Notes: generated by a model from the sequence alone, not told the origin. A stretch of 36,041 nt of DNA from Thermoflexales bacterium (GCA_007123205.1 SKLM01000346.1:1-36041); one strand, 5' to 3'; shown: positions 13,643 to 25,579, counted from the first letter of the stretch. Made by a program: numbers and translations.

Positions 13643-14245
13643 ATGCTAAAGGACCGCCGTAACTCGTCCATAAGGAGACGTCTCAGCACCCACGACCTCG
13701 CCGTGGCCGGCGTCTTCGGTGCCCTCGCTATCGTGCTGTCGTTCACACCGCTGGGGCTGATTCCCCTTCCCAACCCCACCGAGGCGGCCACCAGCCTCCA
13801 CCTGCCGGCTATCATCGCCGGTATCCTGTCGGGGCCCGTCGTTGGGGCGATGGTGGGGCTAGTGCTCGCCGTATCTTCCTGGTATCGTTTCGGGGCCACG
13901 TTCATCACCTTCGCCGACGGCAATCTCCTCGTCGCCCTATCGGCCGCTTTCCTGCCACGGATTCTCATCGGAGTGGCCGCCTATTACGTCTACCGGCCTC
14001 TCCGGCGCTGGCCGGCCCTGGCTGCTGGAGCATCGGGTCTTGCGGGTACGCTGACCAATACCCTTGGCGTCTTGGGGCTGCTGATATGGCTCGGAGCCCT
14101 GCCGGCAGCCCTCCTCGTGCCGGTCTTCTCGATGAACGTGCCCATCGAGGCTCTGCTGGCCGTCGTGGTCACGATACCGACGGTGGCGGCGCTCCGCTCG
14201 GTCGCCCGGCAGGGTGTGGCGGGAGCAAGAGAGCACGAAGAGTAG
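13643..14245 (+). CDS. ECF transporter substrate-specific (S) component; pantothenate (PanT-like) plausible from coaX linkage only
   Basis: AAGGAGAAGCTC precedes ATG 13643. The 200-aa product is a multi-pass hydrophobic protein (STHDLAVAGVFGALAIVLSF..., SLHLPAIIAGILSGPVVGAMVG...). It sits immediately upstream of ecfA1-ecfA2-ecfT. Confidence 0.75.
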   Translation: MLKDRRNSSIRRRLSTHDLAVAGVFGALAIVLSFTPLGLIPLPNPTEAATSLHLPAIIAGILSGPVVGAMVGLVLAVSSWYRFGATFITFADGNLLVALSAAFLPRILIGVAAYYVYRPLRRWPALAAGASGLAGTLTNTLGVLGLLIWLGALPAALLVPVFSMNVPIEALLAVVVTIPTVAALRSVARQGVAGAREHEE

Positions 14246-14250
14246 GCCCT

Positions 14251-15111
14251 ATGGCCCCCTTCATTGAGACGCGCGGGCTCTACCACGTCTTTCGACTGGA
14301 GGACGGCAGGCAGATCGCAGCCGTGCGCGCCGTGGACCTGACCATCGGGCGAGGGGAGTTCGTCGCCCTGATCGGACCAAACGGTTCGGGGAAATCGACT
14401 CTGGCCCGCCATTTCAACGCCCTCCTCCTCCCTACCTCGGGAAGCGTCTGGGTTGACGGCCTGTCGACGGCGGATCCGGCCAATCTATGGCGGATCCGCC
14501 GACGGGTGGGGATGGTGTTCCAGAACCCCGAGAATCAGATCGTAGCCAGTACGGTGGAGGAGGACGTCGCCTTCGGACCCGAGAACCGGGCGCTTCCCCC
14601 GGCCGAGATCCGTCAGCGCGTCGACGATGCGCTGGCCCTCGTCGGCTTGCGGGACCAGCGCACAACCCCGCCGCAGATGCTGTCCGGTGGCCAGAAACAG
14701 CTTCTGGCCGTCGCCGGCGCGCTGGCCGCCCGCCCTGATTGCATCGTCTTCGACGAGCCCACGTCGATGCTCGACCCGCGCGGGCGGCACCAGGTGATGG
14801 ATACCATTCGCCGGCTCAACAGCGAGGCGGGGCTGACGGTCGTCCTGATCACGCAGGCGATGGAGGAAGCCACTGCCGCCCGACGCATCCTCGCCATGGA
14901 CCGGGGACGGATCGTGCTCCAGGGCGATCCCCGGGCGGTCTTCGCGCAAGAGGAGCGACTGGCGGATCTGGGGCTGGAACTGCCGCCTATGGCCGATATC
15001 GCGCGTCGACTGCGCCAGCACGGGGTTCCGGTCTCGCCGGGCATACTGAGCCTGACGGAGCTGACACGGGCGCTGGAGGCCGAGCTACGGGCCGGGGTGA
15101 CCCCTTGCTGA
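14251..15111 (+). CDS. ecfA1: ECF transporter ATPase component A1
   Basis: ORF 14086..15111 is trimmed to ATG 14251, 5 nt after the S-component stop. Walker A is GPNGSGKST, the signature is LSGGQKQ, Walker B is IVFDEPTSMLD. The ECF-type C-terminal tail is present. Confidence 0.9.
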   Translation: MAPFIETRGLYHVFRLEDGRQIAAVRAVDLTIGRGEFVALIGPNGSGKSTLARHFNALLLPTSGSVWVDGLSTADPANLWRIRRRVGMVFQNPENQIVASTVEEDVAFGPENRALPPAEIRQRVDDALALVGLRDQRTTPPQMLSGGQKQLLAVAGALAARPDCIVFDEPTSMLDPRGRHQVMDTIRRLNSEAGLTVVLITQAMEEATAARRILAMDRGRIVLQGDPRAVFAQEERLADLGLELPPMADIARRLRQHGVPVSPGILSLTELTRALEAELRAGVTPC

Positions 15112-15992
15112 TCGAGGTGGAGAGCTTATCTCACATCTTCGCCGCCGGCACGCCGCTGAGGCGGGAAGCCCTGCGCGATGTGAATTTCCGCGTCGAGACC
15201 GGCGAGCGGGTCGGTATTGCGGGACACACCGGCTCTGGCAAATCGACCCTGGTGCAGCTCCTGGCCGGATTGCTCAAGCCGACGGCGGGCCAGGTTCTGC
15301 TCGATGGTGTACCGGCGCACGGGCACAACACCACCGCTCGAGATCGGAGACGGCGGATGGGAATGGGGTTTCAGTACCCGGAGGATCAGATCTTCGAGGG
15401 CACGGTCTTCCGCGAGGTGGCCTTCGGCCCCCGCAACGCGGGCCTGAAGGGCAAAGAGCTGCAGGCCCGGGTAACCTGGGCCCTGGGGATGGTCGGGCTG
15501 GATGCGGACACCGTGATGGAACGGGTTCCGTACACACTGAGCGGTGGCGAGACCCGCCGAGTGGCCCTGGCCAGCACCATCGCGCTTCAGCCTGAGGTGC
15601 TGATCCTCGACGAGCCCACGGCGGGACTGGATCCCCGGGGGCGGGATGAGCTTCTGACGCAGATCGGGGACTGGCACACCAGGACGGACCTTACCTTGAT
15701 CGTGGTCTCGCACGACCTCACCGTCCTGGCTAGGACCGTCGACCGGGTGATCGTCCTCCGGGGCGGGAGAGTCAGCGCCAGCGGTCCCGTCCGACATGTG
15801 CTGAGTGGTACTGCGACCCTTCGCGAATCGGGATTGGATCCCCTTCCGTCCGTCCTGCTCCTCGAGCAGGTCCGAGCCGGAGGAGCGTCGGTGCGGATCG
15901 ACCGGTTCTTGCCGGAAGAGGCCGCTGCCGAGATCGCTCGCGCACTCGAGGCCGGAACCCGGAGCCATGTCACCCGGCGGGAGTCCGCATGA
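15105..15992 (+). CDS. ecfA2: ECF transporter ATPase component A2
   Basis: ORF 14739..15992 is trimmed to the in-frame TTG 15105, which overlaps the ecfA1 stop (GTG 15117 is an alternative). The product starts LLIEVESLSHIF..., with Walker A GHTGSGKST, signature LSGGETRR and Walker B LILDEPTAGLD. Confidence 0.9.
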   Translation: MLIEVESLSHIFAAGTPLRREALRDVNFRVETGERVGIAGHTGSGKSTLVQLLAGLLKPTAGQVLLDGVPAHGHNTTARDRRRRMGMGFQYPEDQIFEGTVFREVAFGPRNAGLKGKELQARVTWALGMVGLDADTVMERVPYTLSGGETRRVALASTIALQPEVLILDEPTAGLDPRGRDELLTQIGDWHTRTDLTLIVVSHDLTVLARTVDRVIVLRGGRVSASGPVRHVLSGTATLRESGLDPLPSVLLLEQVRAGGASVRIDRFLPEEAAAEIARALEAGTRSHVTRRESA

Positions 15993-16876
15993 GTCTGCTC
16001 CTCCCGGGCGTGCACGTGCCCGTCGACTCACCCGTGCACCGACTCGACCCCCGTCTCAAGATGGTGGTAGCGCTGGTCCTGATGGCGCTCCCCTTCGCCG
16101 CGCCCGGAGTTATGAGCAGCTTGCTGCTTGTGGCTGCAATCGTCGCTATCGCCCGATTGTCGGCGGCTCCGCTCAGGGCGCTGCTGGGCACGCTGCGAAC
16201 CGTCTTCTGGCTCGGGTTGTTCATGTTCTTCTTCTACTTCTTCACCACACCGGGTCAGCCCTTGCTCGCCTGGCGCGGCGTGGCCGTGACCTGGGAGGGC
16301 ACAGTCCGGGGGGCGGTCCAGATCTACAGGCTCTGTCTGCTGGTGATCATCTCGTCTCTTCTGACGTTTACCACTTCGCCGGGCCAGCTGGCCCAGGGGC
16401 TGGAAGCCTCCCTGAGGCCGCTGTCCCGTGTGGGCGTACCGATCCGCGAGCTGGCTCTGGTGCTTACCATCGCTCTGCGATTCGTGCCAACCCTCGTCGA
16501 CCAGGTGGACAAGATCACCAAGGCCCAGCGGGCCCGCGGCGCCGACTTCCATTCGTGGAAGCCCTGGCAGCGAGTCAAGGCCTGGGTCCCCATCTTCGTA
16601 CCCATCTTTGTCGCCGCCTTTCGCCGCGCCGATGACCTGGCAACTGCCATGGAGGCCCGCGGGTTCCGCGGAGCCAGGCGCCGCACACACCTGCGGGAGC
16701 TCAGCCTCACGCGTGAGGACCTGGTCGCCGCGATCGTCGTCGTCATAACCGTCCTGGTGGTGCTGACCGTCGACCGGTCCCCGAACCTCGGGGCTCGCCC
16801 GCATCTGGGGCCAGCGGCGCTCACCGCGGCCCAGCCGACACAGCACCGCGCACTGGAGGATGATTCATGTTACTGA
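15989..16876 (+). CDS. ecfT: ECF transporter transmembrane (T) component
   Basis: The start overlaps the ecfA2 stop as ATGA. CbiQ/EcfT features are present, including the coupling-helix region ALRFVPTLVDQVDKITKAQRARG and ATAMEARGF. Confidence 0.9.
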   Translation: MSLLLPGVHVPVDSPVHRLDPRLKMVVALVLMALPFAAPGVMSSLLLVAAIVAIARLSAAPLRALLGTLRTVFWLGLFMFFFYFFTTPGQPLLAWRGVAVTWEGTVRGAVQIYRLCLLVIISSLLTFTTSPGQLAQGLEASLRPLSRVGVPIRELALVLTIALRFVPTLVDQVDKITKAQRARGADFHSWKPWQRVKAWVPIFVPIFVAAFRRADDLATAMEARGFRGARRRTHLRELSLTREDLVAAIVVVITVLVVLTVDRSPNLGARPHLGPAALTAAQPTQHRALEDDSCY

Positions 16877-17634
16877 CCATAGACATCGGGAACACGAACA
16901 TCACCTTCGGTCTGTACGAAGGCGATGTGCTGGGCCCGCGCTGGCGTATCCGCACTATCCATGAGAAGATGCCCGACGAGTATGGGATCCTCATGGTGCA
17001 GCTCTTTGGTCACTGCGGGTACGCAGCGGGAGACGTGGGTGGCGTCGCCATTGCAAGTGTCGTGCCACCGCTGACGCAGGCTTTCGCCGAGGTGTCGCGT
17101 AAGTACCTGGAGCAGACTCCCCTCATCGTCGATGCGGGGGTGCGCACAGGCGTTCCCATCCGCTACGACGACCCGCGACAGGTCGGCGCGGACCGCGTGG
17201 TCGACGCCGCCGCAGTCCGCGCCCTCTACGGTGTACCTGCGTGCGTGGTCGACTTTGGGACGGGCACTACGTTTGACGCGGTGTCAGCCGAGGGCCATTA
17301 TCTCGGTGGGGCCATCGCCCCGGGGATCGGCATCGCGGCACAGGCTCTGTTCGAACGTACGGCCAAACTGCCCAGGGTGGAGCTGACCCGCCCGCCTTCG
17401 GCCATCGGCCGCAATACGCCTCACGCGATGCAATCGGGACTCCTGTTCGGCTACGTAGGACTGGTCGAGGGGATGGTGGCGCGCTTCAAACGGGAGCTGG
17501 GAGCCAACACCCGCGTCGTCGCCACGGGCGGTATGGCGGAGCTCATCGCCGTCGAGACGGACGCCATCGATGTCGTCGATCCTTGGCTTACCCTCCATGG
17601 ACTGCGCATCGTCTACGAGCTGAATCAGGAGTAG
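16867..17634 (+). CDS. coaX: Type III pantothenate kinase
   Basis: The product starts MLLTIDIGNTNITFGLY... and contains GADRVVDAAA, VVDFGTGTTFD and VVATGGMAELI. The start overlaps the ecfT 3' end by 10 nt. Confidence 0.9.
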   Translation: MLLTIDIGNTNITFGLYEGDVLGPRWRIRTIHEKMPDEYGILMVQLFGHCGYAAGDVGGVAIASVVPPLTQAFAEVSRKYLEQTPLIVDAGVRTGVPIRYDDPRQVGADRVVDAAAVRALYGVPACVVDFGTGTTFDAVSAEGHYLGGAIAPGIGIAAQALFERTAKLPRVELTRPPSAIGRNTPHAMQSGLLFGYVGLVEGMVARFKRELGANTRVVATGGMAELIAVETDAIDVVDPWLTLHGLRIVYELNQE

Positions 17635-17904
17635 CGACAGGGCCCTTACACCGTCATCATCGCAGCCAGCGCCCTGGTGGTTCTTGTCCCGGGGATACCC
17701 CTGTTCCCACTGATGTGGCTATCCCAGGCTTTGAACGCGATCCTTCTGCCCGTGCTTCTGATCCTGGTGCTCAGGATCGCCAACGATCCACGGATCATGA
17801 AGGAGTGGGTCAACTCGCGTTTCCAGAACGCGTTCACCTGGGCCTTGACTGGCGCCATCGGGCTGGCGACCCTGGCGCTGATGCTGTCGCCGCTCTTGCG
17901 GTAG
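17635..17904 (+). pseudogene. mntH: NRAMP (MntH-type) divalent metal transporter, C-terminal ~90 codons only
   Basis: The frame opens directly after the coaX TAG and is the same frame as coaX. It reads RQGPYTVIIAASALVVLVPGIPLFPLMWLSQALNAILLPVLLILVLRIANDPRIMKEWVNSRFQNAFTW... This matches the last two TM helices of bacterial NRAMPs (SQVLNGILLPFxLIxLLxLxNDxxLMGExVNSR). The first ~350 codons of such a gene are absent. Confidence 0.7.
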
Positions 17905-18075
17905 GCGCATTGATCCACTGCACCGCCGGCGACGGGTCGACCTTGCTGGCCCCGGCCCCCGCTCGATCATCTGTGGGCCATCGATGCCACCCCGTGAAGA
18001 AGCCGTGGTTACCGCTCGGCTGGGCTGCTGTGCTGCGTCGCCAGCGGCGGAATCGTCGCGGAGGCCGTCGTTCGC

Positions 18076-18104
18076 TTGACTAAATGGAACAAACACGTTA
18101 CACT
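18076..18104 (+). promoter_or_regulatory. Sigma70-type promoter for the CarD/CdnL-like gene
   Basis: TTGACT (18076-18081), a 17 nt spacer, then TACACT (18099-18104). Confidence 0.5.
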
Positions 18105-18153
18105 ATGGGTAGCGTGCGTGAAAACCAGAGCTTAACAACCAGAGAGGACTGTG

Positions 18154-18645
18154 ATGTCATCCATAGACGTAGGGGCAGCGATATTCCACCGAGCGCGGGG
18201 CGTGGGAAAGGTGGTCGACGTTGAGACGCGCAGATGGGAAAGGAAGGACACCCGCTACCTGGTCGTGGAGATGACCGCCCTATCCTACACGATTCGAATC
18301 CCCGAGACTTCCCCGTACATCCGACCGGTTCTCTCCGAGCCGGACATCATCTTCGCAACGCTGCAAGAGCAAGCCGAATCCCTGCCGGACAACTACAAGT
18401 CCAGACAGGCGAAGATCCGTGACGCGGTCAACAGTGGCGAGCCGATGAGGATCGCCGCTGCCGCTCGAGATCTATGGGCCTACTCCGAGAGTGAGGGAGG
18501 GAGTTGGACCGCCGGAGGTGAACGCCTCTACGCGCAAGCGATGAGAATGCTGGCAGCCGAGGTCGCGGCGTCGAAGGGTTGCGACCTGAACGAGGCCACA
18601 GACCTCGTTACAAGAGCCGTCAATGGTACCGGCGTCTCATCTTAG
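18154..18645 (+). CDS. CarD/CdnL-family RNA-polymerase-interacting regulator
   Basis: ATG 18154 is preferred (GTG 18151 is also in frame), with GAGAGGA upstream. The N-terminal Tudor-like segment is IFHRARGVGKVVDVETRRWERKDTRYLVVEMTALSYTIRIPETS, followed by ...YKSRQAKIRDAVNSGEPMRIAAAARDLW, as in CarD_CdnL_TRCF proteins. Confidence 0.8.
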   Translation: MSSIDVGAAIFHRARGVGKVVDVETRRWERKDTRYLVVEMTALSYTIRIPETSPYIRPVLSEPDIIFATLQEQAESLPDNYKSRQAKIRDAVNSGEPMRIAAAARDLWAYSESEGGSWTAGGERLYAQAMRMLAAEVAASKGCDLNEATDLVTRAVNGTGVSS

Positions 18646-18763
18646 ACACCCTGAACAACCTGATCCCTGACAACCCTTCCGCCCGTGTTCGGAGGCGGTC
18701 TCCGGATCGCGGCCGAGTGTCAGCCGGTTGAGGATCGCGACCTTGCGCAAGACGGAGGAGCGG

Positions 18764-18790
18764 GACCCGGGGATGACCGGTTCCCGGGTC
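18764..18790. terminator. Strong hairpin at the convergent carD-like / ygiQ junction
   Basis: GACCCGGG-GATGACCGGTT-CCCGGGTC gives a perfect 8-bp stem. It overlaps the ygiQ stop codon and has no clear U-tract. Confidence 0.3.
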
Positions 18791-20540
18791 ATCGGCCCTG
18801 CGACGGGGTGACGATGCGCTTATGCATCCTCTTGCCTCTGAAACTCTTCTCGACGAAGATCCTCGCGCCCGTGAAGGGGTCCATCTCGGTGTAGTACATC
18901 AGCGTCGCGTACGTCGAAGGTGTGGGGGTGAAGATCTGTACCTGCTCCGGGAGCAACCCTAACTCGCGTAGGGCAAAACCGCGGAGGCGACGCATATCCT
19001 GCTCCGTACAGCCAGGATGGGCAGCGATCACGTAGTAGGTGAGATACTGCGGCAAGTGCGCCCGTTCCGTGGCGTCGAGAAAACGTTGGCGGAACTCCAG
19101 CAGGGACGCCGGACCCGGTTTCCCCATCGCTTGGAGGACCCGCTCCTCCGTATGCTCAGGCGCCACTTTCATCTGCCCCGAGACGTGATGCGCCACCACC
19201 TCGTCCAGGTACGTGTCACCATGAGATTCGTCGTGCAGCAGCAAGTCGTACCGCAGGCCCGACGACACGAAGACCTTCTTCACGCCCGGCAACCGTCGCA
19301 ACCGCCGGAGTAGATCGAGATGGCGGCTGTGATCAACGGGTAGGCTCGGGCAGACGTCAGGGTAGAGACAGCGCCGGTCGGGGCAAGCCCCCTCCCGCGA
19401 TTTCTTAGAACACTCGAACCCGTACATGTTCGCGGTAGGCCCGCCGACATCCTGGATGTAGCCCTTGAAATCGGGGTGCTCCACGAGCTGCCGCGCCTCG
19501 CGCTCCACGGACTCGGGACTGCGCCAGCGCACCGTGCGGCCCTCGTGGACCGCGATGCTGCAGAAGGTGCACTCACCATAGCAGCCGCGATGGGTGCTGA
19601 GCGCGAAAGCTATGGTCTCCAGAGCCTTGATCTTCCCCTGGCTGCGGTAAAAGGGGTGGGCGTCCCGCTCGAAGTCGAGGGCGTACACCCCATCCAATTC
19701 CTTCTGGGTCAGGTACGGCATTGGGGCGTTATGGATCAGGTATCGGTCCCCGTACCGCTGGGTGAGCCCACGGGCCCCGGCTTGGCTGCGCACGCTTTGC
19801 GGATCGTTGTTCTGGTAGAACGTGTGGAACATCTCGATGAAGGCCCGCTTGTCCTCGCGCACCACCTCGTAGGGAGGCAGCTCCACGGAGGCTGAGCGCG
19901 CCTCGTCGTCCACGTAGCACAGCCCCCGGAGATGACGGGGGCTGGTCCCGAAGCGCATGGCATCGGCAAAGGCCACCACGCTCTTCTCCGCCATCCCGTA
20001 GATGAGGTAGTCGGCTTTGGCGTCGAGAAGCACAGAGCGGCGAATGGCGTCGTCCCAGTAGTCGTAGTGGGCCACCCGTCGAAGACTGGCCTCCAGACCT
20101 CCCAGGACAATCGGCACGGTGTCCTTGTAGTACCGTCTGATGAGATTGGTGTAGACGATGGCAGCCCGGTCGGGGCGCCGGTCATTCCGTCCGCCGGGCG
20201 TATAGTCATCCGATCGGCGCGGCTTCTTCAGGGCGGTGTAGTTGGCCACCATCGAGTCGACGCTCCCACCGGAGACGCCCCAGAAGAGGGCCGGCTCGCC
20301 AAGCCGGGTGATGTCATCGGGGCTGTGGATGTCGGGTTGAGCAATGACCCCGACGCGGTATCCCACATCGGCCAGTGTATGCCCCACGAGGGCAATCCCG
20401 ATGTGGGGGCTGTCGATGTAGGCGTCGCCCGTCACCAGGATCACGTCCAGTTGATCCCATCCCCGCTGCCGCAACTCCTGACGAGTGGCCGGTAAGAACA
20501 TAGCCGCCCAGATTGTGCCACGGAGAGGGCGTGGCGTCAA
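18789..20540 (-). CDS. ygiQ: YgiQ-family (UPF0313) radical SAM protein
   Basis: The radical SAM motif is HRGCYGECTFCSIAVHEGR. The YgiQ-type N-terminus IWAAMFLPATRQELRQRGWDQLDVILVTGDAYIDSPH resembles E. coli YgiQ as I remember it. The start is TTG 20540, overlapping the purB TGA as TTGA (ATG 20501 is an alternative). Confidence 0.85.
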   Translation of the reverse strand: MTPRPLRGTIWAAMFLPATRQELRQRGWDQLDVILVTGDAYIDSPHIGIALVGHTLADVGYRVGVIAQPDIHSPDDITRLGEPALFWGVSGGSVDSMVANYTALKKPRRSDDYTPGGRNDRRPDRAAIVYTNLIRRYYKDTVPIVLGGLEASLRRVAHYDYWDDAIRRSVLLDAKADYLIYGMAEKSVVAFADAMRFGTSPRHLRGLCYVDDEARSASVELPPYEVVREDKRAFIEMFHTFYQNNDPQSVRSQAGARGLTQRYGDRYLIHNAPMPYLTQKELDGVYALDFERDAHPFYRSQGKIKALETIAFALSTHRGCYGECTFCSIAVHEGRTVRWRSPESVEREARQLVEHPDFKGYIQDVGGPTANMYGFECSKKSREGACPDRRCLYPDVCPSLPVDHSRHLDLLRRLRRLPGVKKVFVSSGLRYDLLLHDESHGDTYLDEVVAHHVSGQMKVAPEHTEERVLQAMGKPGPASLLEFRQRFLDATERAHLPQYLTYYVIAAHPGCTEQDMRRLRGFALRELGLLPEQVQIFTPTPSTYATLMYYTEMDPFTGARIFVEKSFRGKRMHKRIVTPSQGR

Positions 20541-21943
20541 TCCAACCTGCGCACCATGTCCGCCACCTTCCTGGCTCGCAGCGGGGCGTCGCCAATGTGT
20601 TGGCCCGCGTCCAACAACTCCCTGATGGAGCCGTTGGAGAGGTAACCGAGGATCTGCGGATCGGTCGTCAGGCGATCAGCTAGAGGATTCGGGTCCCCGG
20701 CTTGAACCGCCTGCCAGGCTGCCATTGAGTGTTGGCGGATGACCTCGTGCATCGCCTGCCGGTCGGCCCCCAGCCGCACCAATTCCATCAGCAGGCGCTC
20801 CGTGGCCGCGAAGGTGCCGTAGGTGGCCATGTTGCGGGCGATGGCTTCGTCGTGGATCTGCAGACCCTGCAGAATGCGATGCGCACGCCTGAGCAGCTCG
20901 TCGGTGGCCAAGAACGTTCCGGGGAGGATCACACGCCGATTGGCCGAGTCGTCGAGGGTGCGCTCGAGCAGGGTATGGGCAGCATTGTCCCACGCCACGC
21001 GCACCATGGCCGCGACGTAGCGAGCCATGCTGCCCATATTCTCCGCGTTGATGGGGTTGCGCTTGAAGGGCATGGCGGACGAGCCTACCTGCTTCGCGCC
21101 AAAGGGCTCACTCCACTCACCGAAGGGCGGAGACTGCAACAGCCGCAGGTCGAAGGCGAAACGGTAGAGCGAGGCCGCCATCCCTGCCAGAGCAGCTAGC
21201 ACCTGGTAGTCCTGCTTCCGAGGGTAGATCTGCGTCACGACGGGAAACGGCTCCATATCGAGCTCGGCCATCACCAGATCCTCGAGCTCGGCCGCTGTCA
21301 TCCCGGTTCCTGACAGCAACTGCACGTAAGAGGCACCCGTCCCGACCGCGCCCTTGATCCCCTTACCACGGATGTCATCCCGCAACCGGTCCAGGAGATG
21401 GTAGTCCTCCAGGAGCTCCGTGGCGTAGATCGACAGGCGGTATCCGACGGTCGTCGGCTCGGCCGGCTGCAGGTGCGTGAAGCCCATGCACGGCTGTGCG
21501 GCGCGCCCATCGATGAGATCAGCCAGGTCGCCCAGTACCACCCGCAGTTTCTTCAGGAGCACGTCGAGCCCATCCCTGAGGCGGAGAGCATCAGCGTTGT
21601 CCTGGATGTCGGCGCTGGTAGCGCCCAGGTGGATGATGGGTCCGGCGAGGGGACACTGTTCGGCATAAGCATGCACCCCGGCCATGACGTCGTGATGGAT
21701 CTCGGCCTCGATCTGGGCGATTCGCGCCAGATCCAACTGATCCTGGTGGGCGACCAGATCGGCCACTTGCTCCGGCCCCACTAGCCCGGCCTGTAGCTGC
21801 GCTGTCGCCAGCGCCACCCAGACGCGGCGCCAGAGCCGATGCTTGTGCTCCTCGCTCCAAATGGCACGCATCTCGTCGGATCCGTACCGCCAACTGAAGG
21901 GGGAAAGGAACGTCTCGTGAGTCAAGGTGGTCTCACCCGCCAT
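20537..21943 (-). CDS. purB: Adenylosuccinate lyase
   Basis: ORF 20537..22018 is trimmed to ATG 21943 (GGAGG 7 nt upstream). The product starts MAGETTLTHETFLSPFSWRYGSDEMRAIWSE... and contains GATSADIQDNA and the fumarate-lyase signature GSSAMPFKRNP. Confidence 0.9.
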   Translation of the reverse strand: MAGETTLTHETFLSPFSWRYGSDEMRAIWSEEHKHRLWRRVWVALATAQLQAGLVGPEQVADLVAHQDQLDLARIAQIEAEIHHDVMAGVHAYAEQCPLAGPIIHLGATSADIQDNADALRLRDGLDVLLKKLRVVLGDLADLIDGRAAQPCMGFTHLQPAEPTTVGYRLSIYATELLEDYHLLDRLRDDIRGKGIKGAVGTGASYVQLLSGTGMTAAELEDLVMAELDMEPFPVVTQIYPRKQDYQVLAALAGMAASLYRFAFDLRLLQSPPFGEWSEPFGAKQVGSSAMPFKRNPINAENMGSMARYVAAMVRVAWDNAAHTLLERTLDDSANRRVILPGTFLATDELLRRAHRILQGLQIHDEAIARNMATYGTFAATERLLMELVRLGADRQAMHEVIRQHSMAAWQAVQAGDPNPLADRLTTDPQILGYLSNGSIRELLDAGQHIGDAPLRARKVADMVRRLD

Positions 21944-22035
21944 GCATCCGCCTCCTGTGGGTGCGCAACTTAGCGTCGTTCGAACGTGCATAGCTCGGGC
22001 CCAGGACCATTTGGTCACCCGGCCCAGCGATGGTG

Positions 22036-24830
<2,795 letters not shown>

Positions 24831-24843
24831 CTCCGGTAGACTC

Positions 24844-25521
24844 CTACTCCACGATGTAGCTCGAAACCGCCGCTGCCGGGTCTTGCTCCGCCAGGAACGC
24901 GTTGATGGCCCCGTCGTACGCTGCCGTGTGGTCAAAGCCCCTGCGGGCTAACTCGAAGCGCCGCTGCAGATTCAGTTTGCCATCGTGGGCCTGCAGGGTG
25001 GCGAGCAGCACCGGATACTCCGCCGGTTCAACCACGACCGCCACCCGCAAGTAGTTCTTGGCAGCCGCCCGCACCATGCACGGCCCGCCGATGTCGATAT
25101 TGGCGCGAGCTTCCTCCACGGTCACATCCGCCCGCGCCACCGTGGCCTGAAACGGGTAGAGGTTGACCACCACCATGTCGATCGGCAGCGCACCCGTGCG
25201 CACCAGATCGGACTGGTGGGACGAGTTGTACGTCTCGGCGAGGAGTCCCAGGTATATCTTGAAGTCCAGTGTCTTCACCAGGCCCCCCTGCATCTCCGGC
25301 TGCCCCGTGTAGTCCGCCACTGCTGTCAGGTGTCGGCCGGTCCGCTCCGGTCCCAGGATCTCCGCGATAGCCGCGAAGGTCCCTCCCGTGGAGTAGAACT
25401 GGACGTCGCGGTTGACCCCGATCAGGCCCGGGATGAGGATGTCCAGCCCAGTCTTGTCGGAGACACTGACAAGCACGCGCCGGATGGTGATCCAATCGTC
25501 AACGCGCTGAACGATATTCAT
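24844..25521 (-). CDS. purH: IMP cyclohydrolase / MGS-like domain protein (N-terminal half of canonical PurH, encoded separately)
   Basis: The product contains RRVLVSVSDKTGL, YSTGGTFAAI, GGLVKTLDFKIYLGLL, DMVVVNLYPF, IDIGGPCMVRAAAKNY and TAAYDGAINAFL. It ends with TAG at 24844-24846. Confidence 0.85.
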   Translation of the reverse strand: MNIVQRVDDWITIRRVLVSVSDKTGLDILIPGLIGVNRDVQFYSTGGTFAAIAEILGPERTGRHLTAVADYTGQPEMQGGLVKTLDFKIYLGLLAETYNSSHQSDLVRTGALPIDMVVVNLYPFQATVARADVTVEEARANIDIGGPCMVRAAAKNYLRVAVVVEPAEYPVLLATLQAHDGKLNLQRRFELARRGFDHTAAYDGAINAFLAEQDPAAAVSSYIVE

Positions 25522-25579
25522 AGGCCTCGACTCCCCCGCTCACAAGCGTCCCATGCATCGACATCGGTATGGAGAAGGA

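Noticed and set aside
14086-15104. Upstream extensions of the ecfA1 (from 14086) and ecfA2 (from 14739) ORFs
   Set aside because: The extensions overlap the preceding genes in other frames and are Arg/Gly/Pro-rich. The conserved ABC N-termini begin at 14251 and about 15105.
15126-16846. Two long minus-strand ORFs (15126-16031, 301 aa; 16028-16846, 272 aa)
   Set aside because: They are antisense to ecfA2 and ecfT. Their translations are dominated by R, G, P, D and Q runs, while the plus strand has clear Walker and EcfT motifs.
17583-18083. 166-aa plus ORF spanning the coaX end and the NRAMP remnant
   Set aside because: It is out of frame with both, and its translation is Arg/Pro/Gly-rich. 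The NRAMP-like frame (17635-17904) explains the region better.
18291-18301. GATTCGAATCC, a T-loop-like string
   Set aside because: It lies inside the CarD-like coding frame (TIRIPE). No flanking acceptor or anticodon arms are present.
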